The notes beneath the pieces were generated by a model. It saw only the letters and a program-made list of their open reading frames with translations. It did not search any database and was not told the DNA's origin. From NCBI GenBank assembly GCA_013239625.1, contig MU054323.1, forward strand, positions 13,127,950 to 13,191,949: a DNA stretch of 64,000 nucleotides, given 5' to 3'. Each line of letters opens with the position of its first letter. The stretch's first letter is position 1. Shown here in pieces: positions 1-13,250 of the stretch. The translations under genes were made by a program, and so were the position numbers. The DNA is from Lama guanicoe (taxonomy: Eukaryota).

Positions 1-149
1 AGGGACTTAAAAAGAACAAAGATCTGTTTCTTGGTCGTGCAAATACTTGTCGCAGATTGCTTTGGGCTATATGTCACATAATCACCCCTGGGCCATGTCC
101 ATGAACCTAAGCTGACAGAGCTTGGGAAATTCTCACTCTCTGAAACATT

Positions 150-355
150 GCTGGTTCCCATGGCAGAGGGGAGAAGTTAGGGAGAGCCATGCATTGGCTC
201 TCAACATTTCAGCCTAGGTTATTTTCTTTCCCATTTTATTGGCATAAATGATGTGATATGGCCTACCTCACCTCAAAGGCAGTGAGGACATGTACTCTTA
301 TTATGTGTCCAGAGAGTGGTGATTCAGAGACATGTGGTGATCAGCACCAGTGTCA
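150..355 (-). mobile_element. Old MaLR LTR fragment (MLT1J/K-like)
   Basis: CCATGGCAGAGGGGAGA...CCATTTTATTGGC...TATGTGTCCAGAGAG...GGTGATCAGCAC. Confidence 0.5.
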
Positions 356-3300
356 ACCCTGGAGGGAAGAGTTGTGCAGGTCACCCTCCACAGGGAGGGC
401 AGCATGAGGACTGAACCTGGTGTTGGAACTGGCAGTGATGTGGTCCTTGCTGGTCTTGGGCAGGGCAGTGGTTGCGGAGAGAATGGCAGATGAGGAAGTG
501 GAGAGAGCTAGGGGGAAGAAATCATAGAAATAGCTTTGCCAGGCAGAAAAGAAGCCCTAATCACTAGTCTTTCTGCATTCTTTTTGATTTAATCATTGAC
601 AGTTATCATGGTTGGGTTTTTTTTTTTAATTGTGTATCAGATAAATCTTAGCAGATTACTCCTTACCTGTGAAGCACTGGTGTGCACTTACGCTTTGATA
701 ATCTCAGAAATAACCAGTGGGAGTTGAGTGAGTCTTGTGGTTCCTTTTCAGTATTGCATTCAAACAAGAAATCACTCCTTTTTATAAGTTTTCCTGTTGG
801 GCCAAAGTCAGGGGATTATGAGAACTGCCAAGTTTTTTGGGGGAATTGACTTTACGTTTGTTTTTATTTTATGTTGCCTTTTTTATTAAGTGTGTTTGTA
901 AGTTTCAAAATGATTAAGTCTACTTCAGTCTCCAAATTGGCTCTAAAACATCAGTTACCCATTTTTGCTGAGTTCAGTGTTAAAGTAGGATATGTGAAAG
1001 GGCTTGGTGAGTTCTAAACATACAGATAAGTTGTTGCCACTTTTTTTTTAGTATTATTTTTTGGTGGTCAGGAGGTAATGTAGTGCACTTTTTATTCCTC
1101 TTGTGAGCCAATGTTCTGAAGTCAAGATGCAGGTGATCTGAAGCTGGAAATTGAGGGATCACAGCCCTTCAAGAAGTAGATTGTCTCAGTCTCCCACTTT
1201 TTAGGCAGTAGAATATCAAGTAACAGGTAAGGGCTGGAGAGAGCTGACTTCTGAAATAAAAGTAAATATTGCATAAATATTTTGATTTCCTACTAATTAA
1301 CTTAGCCTTGTGATTTTTTTCAGCCTCAAAATTTGGAATGCAGTAAGATTATTAGTATAACTTGAAATCATCCTGAGATAACTGCAAAAAGCATTTGTTG
1401 GTTCCATCAAAAAAATGGACATTATTCAGCTGTGACTGTTATGTTGGCATGATGTTTATGAAAAATTCCTTCCCACCTTCTTGGCAAGATGCAACAATGA
1501 TGGACTGTAAAAGTGCACCGTTAAAATGGCCTGTGTGTGTTTGAACCTGCATCTGACTTTGAAGTTACCCAGCTCCCTGTTAACAATTAACCAATTTTGC
1601 TGGGGGTGTGTGTTTTATTCAATGGGGGTTATTAAACTTAATACTCAAAGCAAGTGATAAACTTCATACTTCTTAGAATATGATGGTATTCTGATAAAAT
1701 TCATTTTCAGGTGCTTAAAAGTGAAACACTTTAGCAAGCATATCCTTCTAAGGATCATTTTTTATACGTTGGGCCATTTTTTCCCCAGATTATTATATAC
1801 TTTGTTCAGTGATTGAATTATTAGTGAACAGATTTAGGCAACCAAAGCTTTCTGATTTCCTGGTAATAAATTAAACCTCTTTGAGTTGTTGAAATGATTA
1901 CTGGTCCTCTGTGCTGATGCACCAACAGTAAGAAAGGGGTATCAAGGATATGGTTGGAGTTACGTATATTTTGACTATGAGTAAGTTGGGAGAGATTTGT
2001 GTCTCTGCTCTGCCATTGGAGACAAACCCATAGAGCTAGGGAGGTGTATTGCTCCCTGTTAAATAGGGTGAGCTGTCAATCTTAAAAATGACTAGTTTAA
2101 CATGATCACAGAGCTTAAATGATTCCTGAACCAACGGCCAGGCCACAGTTCTTCTTTCCACTTGGAATGTTTTTGCGTTGCTAGTCAAAGTTCTCTCCTT
2201 GACCTTAGCTTTGCTGGTAATCCAAAGAATTACGAATCGTGATTCAGAGTTTCTGCCATTGCTTATCTGCTTTGAGGAAAGCATTATTGTTACTGCTAAG
2301 TTTTATTTAGAAACAAAAAAACTCAAAGATAATGTCTAAAAAATCCTGTTGAAACTGTAATATCTGGTAATACCTAAAAATTGTGTGTTCTTTTCACATG
2401 ATTTCTGATGGATGTGGACAGTGAGGTGTGGCTGGAGGTGTGGCTGTGGGCAGTGAGGCAGTTAGGTACCAGTTCACTGATTAAGGGAACCCAGCAGGAG
2501 GTGAAGCTGATGAATTCAGTGTTCCATGCTTTGCAGTTGAATTGCCTGCAGAAGGCTGCTCATTTGAGTGTAGATGCCCAGTACGCAGTTGCAAATATAT
2601 GGAGCCTGGAAGGTCCCATCTAGATATATAAATTTTGGAGACATTTATGTGTAACCGAATACTTGAGATTGAGTCTGGTCATTCATCATGAAATGTGATA
2701 ACCCCTATTGTAACACCATGAACTTGGAATTGGTCACATAACTGATGTTAAGTGGTGGGAACACAATGAACATTTTCTCTCAAAGAAATGGAAAGGCTGC
2801 ATTTTTGACCTCACAAATACTCTTCAGGGCAGAGTCAACAGAATTTTAGTGCAGCAGTGAGACACTTAGCCCAGGCCTGCAGATCTGAATTTTGAAGCAA
2901 TTAGATTCCTAAAATTAACCATGCTATTAGAGAGAAGTGAACAATACTAGTAATGTGACCAGAAGCACTGATAACGCCAACCTCATTTTGAGTACATGTA
3001 TATTTACTGTGAGATGTGTAATTGTGGAAATAACTATTTGAAGAAAAATTTGGGAAGCCATATGTTTTTATGTAGGTAATTATTTTTAATTCAAAGGAAA
3101 ATAAAATGTTTATAAGCTAATCAGATTTTATAGCCACAGGTTAATGGAAGGTGAGTTTGAGTTAATTTTAATGAAAATCTTTAACACTTACTTTTTAAAA
3201 GTAGACATTTATGAGTAGTTAATCACTAGACCAGACTGATACATACTCAGTTCAGCAAGGTAGAGTGTTTTTACCCACCTGTGGTATTGATTTATGATGA

Positions 3301-5136
3301 TCATGCTTTCATTTTACCTGTTAATTTTGTCTTATTTTGCTGTTCATATAGTCTAACTAGCTATTACAACTATTCAGCATTAATTAAACGCTTAATTTGT
3401 ATCAGGCGCAGAAGATAGAAAGATTAATGAGACTATCTTTTCTCAAGGATGGAACATTCTAGTGGAGAAAACAGAAGAGTAAACCAGATTTGCAGGACAT
3501 TACAGTATGTGCTGTGATGAAATTATCAGTCAATGAAATGGGAGCACAGATGGAGGGTAAAGGAAGCTTTCTGGATGTTCCCAGTTATTGCACTAAAACA
3601 ACCAAACCAACAGGAGGGAATGTGGTTATTTGTTTAATTGAACTGATTATATACCTTGAACCAATCAGACAATTTGGAGAATTAATATAGAACAAATATT
3701 AGGAAATACGATGTTAATAGGATGTATGTGAGATTAGTGGTCGCTATCCAGAAGCATTTCCGTTTTTAAGAGGTGATAAAATCTGAACTTTCAGAGCGAA
3801 GCTTGTAATAGACACATGTGCTGTGACATACATCTACTCCTGACTTAGAAAGCTTTCCCGTCCCATTTCCCTCTAAAAGGCAACCAGGCTGTCCCAGACC
3901 AATGGCGCCACCTAGGGCCTGTCGCAGGGATCATGTCCCCCGCAGCCTCATCCCTGTCACCTCTTGCTCTGTAGGAACCTTGTCTTTGTAATTCTTTCTT
4001 TACCATGTGCAGTGCAGTTTGTTCCCCAATAGACTGCCTTTTAAAAAATATTCTTCATAATCCATATACTACTATTTTTTTTGACCTGCTACCTTTCTGT
4101 GTTGCAAATGTAGACCAAAAAGGCTCTAACTGTGACTAGTGATAATGAAAATAACACAAATGATGCTGCTATGTGAAGGAATACTGCATTTTGAAGTAGA
4201 CCTTGGGTCCCCATTTGTTTGTCCTTTCAAAATTCCAGAAGTTCTTTGTAAAATCTCCCTCTCTTTATCTGCTTGTCCACCGTCTACTTAAATCTAAGCT
4301 CTTCTTTTTATATCTATGTTCAAAACAGACTCAAATGCAATTCTATTTTTAATATATAAATGTGTAATTTAAAACTTTTACCATACTGTGTATTATATAT
4401 AATACACTTTCTATGAAAGTTTTCTATTTCAAATAACTGACATAGAAATTAACCCTTGAAAGTAATCTGTTTTATTTATCCATTTCTTTTTTCCTCTCTC
4501 TGTCCCTCCTCCCCAGTTCCCCTTTCGTTTTCATTCAGTGAATAGTTACTGAGATGCTGTGTCTGGTTACAGTACTGGTATCTTAGCTGAAAAGTATCTG
4601 CTCTATGCCCTTAAAGATTCTCAGGATAAAGCTTGCACATGGTTGCATACGCACATATATGTACTTTACACACTCACTTAACACTTTGTACACACATGCA
4701 TACACAGTGATGCTGAGCTAGGAACTGACGGATGAGTGAGAGTAAGTGGATAGAAATGGGGAAAGGCTTCTGATGTGGAAGGAATACCATGCTCAAATGT
4801 GATAGGAAAGGAAATCTCAGGGTCTATAATGTCAAAAGAACCTGAGTTTGTTAGCACATTGGTTCTAATCATGGGAGTAGTTGTAAAGGTAGCATAATGG
4901 GAGTGGATCTCAGTCCAAAAAGTTATCTGTGGCAGAAGTATGACTAATTATTTTATAACTCAGTTAATGTTTCAGGCTCACTGTCTGACTCTGCTGTGGG
5001 AAGCATCTCGTTAGTCTTTTGTGAGGCCTCCCTGCCTTGTGTCATGGTTCTGAAATCTTATATTTGCCAAGAGATTGGGTGGGCATCTGGTCCTCATCAT
5101 TGTCTTTTATTATTTACCATAGGACGTAAAACATCT

Positions 5137-6072
5137 TGTTAGCGGGTAGCGAGACTCCTAAATTAGGAAGCCTATCAAATGTGGGTCTTTGCCGCCGGCT
5201 GTGAAAGAATTCACAGCAGAGGAAGAGGGACAACGTGGAAAGCTGCTTTACTTCTCAAAAGAGGAAAAGGAAAGAGAGTACTGGAGCAGGGAGCCGCCAG
5301 CCAAGATGGCTGGTCAAGACAGCTCCAGCTTGGAGTCAGGCCACGTGGACTTTTATTGGACTTCTGCCATCATGTCCTCTTGGGTGTGCTGGAGCCAATT
5401 GCCTTGTCCTTTGTCCTTGTGTGGGCCTTTCTGGTCAACTGTCATGTGCTGGTGGGTGTGCCACGTAGCATGCTAATGCATTAGAATGAATGTATAATGA
5501 GGCTCAAGGTCCACTGGACGTCAGATCCTGTGCCATCTTGGACCTACTTGGTTCTAACCAGTTCTTGTTTCTTCCCCTTGCAGCTGCCTCCTGAGACCTA
5601 GATAAGAGTAATTGGGTTCTATTTGAGGGAGGGGCAGGGGTATGATCCTGGGGGAAACAGCGTTGGTAACAAAAAAGAAGGTTGCTTTTAACTGGAATGC
5701 CAGCAGTCTGGCAGACTCAGTGTCCCTCAAAAACCATCTCCGAAGGTTCTGCTCAGCCATAAAAGTTGTAAAGGGAAGCAGCGCACAGTCTCAGTTAATC
5801 ATCGAGATGGGTGGTCAGAGCCCACACTGTGTGCAGACTTGCCCTGCGGGCTTGTCCTACTTGTCCAACTGCTTGAGGCTACTTGTTTATGACTCAGGAA
5901 GGCCTGGGAGACTTCAGCTTTTCTGTAAAGTGGGGGGGGGGGGTGGGGGGGCGGTNNNNNNNNNNNNNNNNNNNNNNNNNNNNNNNNNNNNNNNNNNNNN
6001 NNNNNNNNNNNNNNNNNNNNNNNNGGGGGGGGGGGTTGGGGGTGCGGTGCCTGCAGGGTCCTACTCACTACC
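5137..6072 (-). mobile_element. ERV-type LTR sequence related to the 14172 LTR; right boundary uncertain, spans the assembly gap
   Basis: 5498-5563 (TGAGGCTCAAGGTC..CTGGA..TGCCATCTTGGAC..TTCTAACCAGTT) matches 14634-14700; starts TGTTA. No TSD found. Confidence 0.6.
5956..6024. other. Assembly gap (69 N) flanked by poly-G
   Basis: N run with G-tracts at 5932-5951 and 6025-6035. Confidence 0.99.
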
Positions 6073-7909
6073 AGTCCTAGTCCTTGGGGTCTGTTTGGTT
6101 CTCTGTTGTGTGAGAATCTTTTTGAGGCTGCTGAGACCCACCATCAAGCTCTTACCTTGTCAGGCTCTCGTGTCCTTCCCAGGAGTTCTGCTTCTAAACC
6201 TGGGAATCTACCTCTTTTCTCTCCTGCCTGATGCAGCACTCCTTTTTTTTCATTTCTGGAAATATCCCCTGTGGTACCTCTGGCCAGGTTATTTTTTCTG
6301 TGTGTTTCCATCTGTGGGCTTGGGCTTTTGGATAGAACATGTGGGATAATTCTGCTTTTTCCTGGCCACGTCCTTCTGAGACAGTAAATGTAAGAACCTA
6401 GTTTGAATTGGTGGGCGAAGGGGGAGGAGGATATACAAGGAAAAAAATTGGTTCATGTCTCAAAATATTATGCCTTCTTTATGCGCTCCCTTTCCCCGTA
6501 GGCTGAGTCTCAATTAAGGAGAGTCTTACAGATCAACTTGAAGAGTCTCAGGAGGCTGTGGGAAGCCTGAGGTGACAGAGGATCAGGGTTGTGCTTGGGG
6601 AAGGGTCACCTGACAGCAAGGGGCAGCGTTCAGGAGAGGAAGAGTCTGGGTGCAGGACTCTTGGGGTTTCTTCAGGCATGCATAGTGGTTATTTCCCATG
6701 CCCCAGGGAGTTTCCCTAACAAAAAGCACGGCTGAGGCCTTGCAGGCTTCACGCAAGGGTTTAGTTCCTGGAACTCTCAAAAAGAAGTTGTGTTAACTGT
6801 TATCTGGATGTGCCCTTAAGGCAGAGCTGTTCAGATGCAGAATGTCATGATTTGAATGGAGAACTTCAGAGGTCAAAAAACAATTAGTCACTGAAAAAGG
6901 AAGTTCCAGAAGGTCATTTATGAAGGCGATGTTCTTTTTTTTTTTTTGCTGTGACCTCCTGGTGCACTGGAAAATGAAGGAAGCTTAAATTCCTAAAGAT
7001 TTCTTGAATTGAAAGGACATTTGATGCTCTAACAGAGGAGGCTTCCCCAAGGAGACCAGAGGCTCCCCTGGGAAGTAATGGTTGATTCACGAGGAGACCT
7101 TGCTGAGTGTTAATTAAATTTGCATTACAGGTGAAGGGATCTGAGGTCTGGAAATGCTTTCTCATTCTATTCAGAGGGTCGGCTGCCCATCTCCAATGCT
7201 CTCTTTGTGACTTTTCAGAAAACAGCAGACAAAGAAGGCTTTTACAGGATTAAAGAAACCCAGAGAACTTGGTGAAACTTGATGATCCTGTATTTGTGGC
7301 ACATACATGCATCAGATTGTTGTGTGTGTGCCCAGGTAGCTTTTATGCTTTAAAATTTGTGGCTAAGATTGACTAGTGAAGTGGGTCAGAGAGGCCCCTT
7401 CAGGGCAAGACAGGGAGGAAAGAGGCCCTGACGTTGTGCAGGGGCCTGGGAAGATGCTGCCAGTGGGGGTGTCCCCAGGCTTCCCTCTGTATCCTTGGCG
7501 TTTCTGCTTGTGGGTCCTGGGCAGTAGTAATTAATAACCTGCATTTAGAGCACTCTGTTGGATATCCTGTAGGCAAGCAAATAACTCAACTGCTCAGAAA
7601 GGTATAATCCAAAAAGGGTCCCTTTCTCACTGTATCTCATTCTAGAAGCCACCAGTTTCCTATTTGTTCTTGCTTTTAAAATTCTTGGCACAAATAGGCA
7701 TCTGTGTTTTTAAAAACAGGCATATGCTTTTTCCCACTCACATTGTACCACCTGACACATGGTTCGACAGGTGCCTTAGCCAACACCGTCCTCAGGTGCC
7801 ACCTTCAGCAGCTCGGCCCTGCTCGGCTCCTCCCACAGCCGGGAGAATTCCACCACGTTCCACAGTTTGACCAGGTCTCTGTGGTGAACGTCTTCCTGGG
7901 TCCCAGCTT

Positions 7910-8300
7910 TCAGTGGGTTGAGTGGTGCCCCTCCAAAAGGTAGGTCCATCCACATCCTGATCCTTGGAACCTGGGAATGTGGCCTTATTTGGAATCCGTT
8001 TTTGCTGATGTAATTAATTTAAAAACTTTAAGATGAGAGCACTAGTGTCCTCCTCATAAGAAGAGAAAAGACAGGGAGAAGGAAGAGAAAGCCACGTGAT
8101 GACAGAGGCCGAGATAAGCCTGGAGTCCCCAGAAGCTGGAAGAGGCCCAGAGGGGCGTATAGCCTCAGAGCCTTCAGAAGGCCTACAGCCCTGCCAGCAT
8201 CTTGGGTTCTTAGACTTTTGGTGTCTGTAACTGTGAGAAAAAGTTTGTTTTAAGCCCCCTAGTTAGTGGTAATTTTATGATAAGTCCTAGGAAGCTAACA
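7910..8300 (+). mobile_element. MaLR LTR (MLT1B/C/D-like)
   Basis: GAATGTGGCCTTATTTGGAA...CCAGAAGCTGGAAGAGGC...GAGCCTTCAGAAGG...CTGTGAGA...GTTTTAAGCC...CCTAGGAAGCTAACA. Confidence 0.85.
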
Positions 8301-8504
8301 TACCACCCAAACTCTCACCTAATAAAAACCTCTGTCACGGTTCTGAAAGACACTGACCACCCTCTCCCGGCACATCCATGCACACCGGCGGAAGGTCATC
8401 TGTAGGACAGGTTTCCAGAAGTGGGATTCTGGTTCTAAGTCTTGATCATGTTTTTCCCCTCAAATGGATCACATGCATCCCTGTCTTAACAGTGTGAAAA
8501 GCAA

Positions 8505-8680
8505 CTCCTTTGTTGAGCACTCACTGTTTGTGAAGCGTTGGGTCTATACTGTCTTACAGTAACCCTGTCACATACTTATTAGCATCCTCATTTTACAGAT
8601 GGAAAACTGAGGATGAGGGAACCGAAGTCACTGGTATAAGACCATGTGTAAGTAGGAGGCAGGGCCAAGATTCAAACCAA
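8505..8680 (-). mobile_element. MIR SINE
   Basis: Core CCTCATTTTACAGATGGAAAACTGAGG...AGATTCAAACC. Confidence 0.8.
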
Positions 8681-9868
8681 CATCTAACTAGGTAGGAAAA
8701 TAAGCCACATTTTAAATTTGGGGGCACATGTTGTATGGATGTGGCCTGGCCACTGGATGTGGTGGGTCCTGAGTGGTGACAGGCTCAGCTGTGACTATGG
8801 GAAGGAGTCCAGGCTGGCAGGCAGGTTGTGGGGTCTGGAGGGCCTGGGGAGTCTGGTGGGACAGCACCATGCAGAGGACCTATTGTGGAGTGGTGGGGGA
8901 GTCCCAAGCAGGGAGACTGAAAGTCCAGGAGTTAGAATGCCAGAAATAACTGTATTTTAGCCTTTTTGCATGCCAGGCATTGTTCTAAGTGTTCTGCATG
9001 TATCTGCCCATTGTGAAGCAAGTAATACAGTAGCGTAGAAAGGGACCATCTGGAAGCTGCTGGCTGCAGCTACTTGGAGCTTAGGTACAGAGAAGCTCTT
9101 GCGTGAGGGGAGGGCGGCAAGCAGAGGTCTAGTCTGGAGGAACTGAGATGACCAGGTAGGTTACTGAGAAAGGAATGGCAGCTCTGACTTTCCGATGGGG
9201 ATACAGTTAATGGAAATTGCAAGGTAGGAATCTCATGTCTGGGGACATGGAGCTGGAGTCTGTAGCTAGCAGTGGACGTGCTACAGGAAGGACTCAGACC
9301 CAGTCCAGAGGGCAGGGGAGAGTGTAGCAGCTGCAGACTGATGACATGAGGTCCGAAACTCGCCTGAATAAGTCCTTGATAACAGTTTGGTGTCTTACTT
9401 ATCTTTTCATTATAACCAGGAAACAAGAGGGTTCAGCCACACAACTACTGGGCAGGAGGACATAGGCTTTCTGTAACCGAATGATATGATCATCTGCTTA
9501 ATTTTTATCTTGAGTAACATTATCTTTACAGTGTTTACTGGTGTTCCTTAATTCATTAGGAGTATTGGGAATAATTTCTGTTGATTCAGCAGCCGGAATC
9601 GTTTGTACTTCTTTGTCTCATTGGGCCCTGTTCCATCTCTTGTTAAGTTTTGGCAAAGAAAAAAGTAGTAACTGTTTTTTTCCCCCTCCTCTTCCTTCCT
9701 CCCTCCCGCCCTTCCTTCCTTCCTTTTTTGGTGGGAGACTATCCCCATCTTGTGGATATTTGTGTTGTGTTTTAGCTTCTACAAGTGTAAATAGAAACTG
9801 ACAGATTTGTGGCAGTATGAGAGGACAAAGTCAAAGTAACAATTCATTAGTAATATAAATCATACAAT

Positions 9869-10557
9869 TGTAACCAAACCGAACTTGGGTCCGCTGGCCC
9901 GTCTGCAGCAAAGCCAGTTTCCTGCCCTGGGACTGTGGTGAAGGAAAGCATGGCATTTACTGCAGGTGCCAAACAAGAAGAAGGGTGGCTCAGGCTCAGA
10001 AGGCCAGAACTCTGCCATGGCTTTTGGGGAAGGATCTTTTAAAGGCGAGGTGAGGGGGAGTACCATCAGCTCGTGGGCATCCTTCTGATTGGTTGGTGAG
10101 GTAACAGGGTGGTGTTTCAGAAGTCAACATCATCAACTTTCTGGTTTCAGTTGGTCTTGGGGCTACCTGCTGGTGGTCAGCATGCCGTCAACTTCCTCTG
10201 CCTGGTGGGGGCAGGGGTTTAGTGTCTACAGAACAGCAGGAATGTGCGTCAGACTCATCTTTACCTTTGAAACAGAACTGGGAGTGCTTGTGACTGATTT
10301 ATTGTTTAAGTTGTGGAGCCTAGGAAGTCACAGTGTATTTCCATAGCCTCTTTTCCTGATTAACAGTAAATGGGGACGTGTTGTGGTCTGTCACTGGAAG
10401 GCCCCTATGTGAGCCTGCTCGGTCAGTTACCCCTTTTCTTTGACTTTCCTCATCCCGAGGGGAGGAGGGGTGGCACAAGAAAGAGAATGAAGTTTTGGAT
10501 AGAGTGGTTAGTTGTAAACTTGACAGGGGAACTCAGTGTAAAGGGGACTCAGCTTCA
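9869..10557 (-). mobile_element. Solo ERV1-class LTR, 689 bp
   Basis: TG...CA termini and 4-bp TSD CAAT (9865-68 / 10558-61). The minus strand carries CCAATCAG and TTTAAAAG promoter-like motifs. Confidence 0.8.
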
Positions 10558-11523
10558 CAATTACTTAATAAAATTCAAAAAATTTCTTCTTAAAAAAAAA
10601 ACTGACAGATTTGCACACTTTCTCGTAGATGTCGTTCTTAAATGTTTCTTTTGTCTCCAGAACATTGGATTCCGGACACAAGGGCTGCTGGACGGTCTTA
10701 GTGGTGCAGTGTCTACTTATCTTTACACTAACATTTTACTTTTAATGCTTTCGAAGACTTTTCAGGATGCTTTAATTTGCTCCTTCAGATCATCTTGAAG
10801 ATTAGGTTATGCATTCTATTTTAAGATAAAGGTATTGAGGTAACATATAGTAGATCAGTATTAGCCCCAAGGTCAAAAATCTCAAATTCTTTTTCTTAGC
10901 AGCTCACTCACCACCCACTTCCTCCACCCTGCCCCCAGCTGCAGGCATGGGAGAAAGCTGAATATAAATGATAAAGGTATCTCAAACCATCTTGTGAAAC
11001 TTGGCCACAGGTATAAGTCATTTTGTTTATAAAATGCCAGTGGAGTTTATCCAGACAGGATTTGTTTTGCCTTAATTATCTAAGTACACTTCCCCGATTT
11101 GCAGAAATTGAAATGAGTTTATAAACCATACCATGGAGTTCTGATTGCTATCTTAAATTAGAGAACTCCAGAAACTGGATGTGACTTGTGCGTAGAAAGT
11201 GTGGTATAGGCATGCAGATTTAGAATTTGGAATGGTTTTTGTCTGGTGCACAGAAAATTCCGTTAAATATTTATTTAAAATGAATTAGAATTTGTGGTAC
11301 TAAAACAGGAAAGTTCAGTCTTTAGGCATTCACTTTGATAAAATTCTTGGATAGTACCACACACATCAAAAGTGGCTGCCTACATCGCATAGAATGATGG
11401 AATAGAGGTCTGCTGTTAAATAGACAATGCGTTCTTGGAGACAGGGTTTTGAAGCAGGAAATGCTAAAGCAGGTTCTTGATTCACCTGTGCTCATGCCTT
11501 CATGTGTATGGCTGGGAAATGTC

Positions 11524-11642
11524 TCACTAGACTGAGCTTCATGAGGGCAAAGGCTGTCAGTTCTGTTCAGCGCAGAATCCCTTGGTCCAGAACAGTGCAA
11601 AACAGGGACTTAATGTGTATTTGTTGACTGAGTTAATGAATG
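11524..11642 (+). mobile_element. L2 3' end
   Basis: CACTAGACTGAGCTTCATGAGGGCA...TATTTGTTGACTGAGTTAATGAATG. Confidence 0.75.
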
Positions 11643-11999
11643 GGTGTATGAAGGTTGTAATAAATGAAGGTGGGTCTTTATTAGTGACAAGTAAGTGAAA
11701 CTGTGAATTTAATAAGAGGGGACTTGTATGCTTCTTGATCATGATCATGGTGATATGAGTGTATCATTTAAATAAGTTCACCATAAATGCCTGACAAGAT
11801 AGGCAAACCATGGGCTTCAGAGCTAGAAGGACGCCTCCGATTAAACCTTTCTTTACTGGGAATGACATAAGGCTACGAGACTGGAGGTGATGTGTGTAGA
11901 CCGCCTGGCAGAATCCCTGTTACTTAATAGCAGCGTAGAACAATCACTTTGTGTTCTCATTCATGTTTTTTCAGGTAAAACTGAGAAGGAAAAAGTCAC

Positions 12000-12198
12000 C
12001 ACCAGGGTGATTGTGGCCCCCACGGGACATTTGGTGATGTCTGGAGACAGGGTTGAAGTCAGGAGTGGGAGGGTACTACTGCCATCTATGGCCAGAGGCC
12101 AGGGATGATGCTAAATTATCCTCCAGTGCACAAGACAAGCCCCCACAATAAAGAGCTATCTGTACAAGCATTAATAGTACTGAGGTTGAAAAACCCTG
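12000..12198 (+). mobile_element. MER20-like hAT-Charlie element
   Basis: GGGACATTTGGTGATGTCTGGAGACA...GAGGCCAGGGATGATGCTAAA...CCCCCACAATAAAGA...TGAGGTTGAAAAACCCTG. Confidence 0.85.
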
Positions 12199-13094
12199 TC
12201 CTTGTCAGTCATGAAGGTGTAATATTAAAATATTGAGCATATTATGCAGTGTCAGTCACCATATGTATCTTCAATTGGACAAGGTATTGTTTGTCCTGTT
12301 AATATGTAGCAAATCAATTTTTTCACTTTCTGATACGTTGGCTCCTGACCTAAGTTTACTTTCTTAGTTCTGTCAGTATCAGGGATTCTTTTCATTAATA
12401 CAGTTATATATTTTCCAAACAAATTACTAGTAGTAGTAATAGCTAATAGTAGTAGTAGAATAAGCTAATAAATCCCTAATGAATCATTTACTGAGCTCAG
12501 CAAACACTATTATTTGATAGTTACAACTGCCATGGAAGACTGGCACTACTAACTTAATGGTTTGATCAAAGTACAATTTGATCTAAATAATTTGATCAGT
12601 TTGCTAATGTTACCATGAAATGTGATGGCAGTATCTGCTTCGTAAGCACTTAGACTGCATTCTGAATCTGGTAAGTTTTTTTTTTTTTTAACATTAAAGC
12701 AAGATTTCTACTACCTCTGGAAGAATATTGTAGATTTCTGAGGCAGGAGAAGAGAGTTGGAAAATTTGGGTAATTCCATTGTTTCCTTTCTCATAGACAT
12801 TGTGCGATGTACCACGTTTGTGTTAATTGTATGCAGTGGAAAAGGCTTTGAAGATATTCTTTGTGTTTATTATTGTTGGCTTAAAAATTGGACTCTTTTT
12901 CTTGCATGTTTCATGACACATCAGTTGCTCTCTTGCTAGGATAACAGTTGTTGACTCTGGTGGTCTGGTGTTTCCCCAAAGGGACTCATGTTCCTAAATC
13001 TTTTGTGCTTGTGACTTTGTGCTCAACTCTTGGGTTCTGTCTCAACTATAGTTTCTTGTGGTGAAAAATGATACTTAGTCTTAGCTTATATCAA

Positions 13095-13250
13095 GTGTGG
13101 TCTGAATACTTCTCATGAATTACCCATCTTATCCTCTTCACAGTGCCACGAGGTGTAGCTCTTTTTATGATTCCCCCATTAGAGACTGAGGCATGGTTAA
13201 GTGACTTGTCCACAGTTGTATAGCTAGAAGGTGGTGGGGCCAGACCTGCT
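13095..13250 (-). mobile_element. MIR SINE
   Basis: ATCCTCTTCACAG...GAGACTGAGGCATGGTTAAGTGACTTGTCCACAGTTGTATAGCTAG. Confidence 0.7.

Noticed and set aside
5642..6349. Longest ORF in the track (235 aa)
   Set aside because: Open only because it runs through the N gap and poly-G inside LTR-like sequence; no protein similarity recognised.
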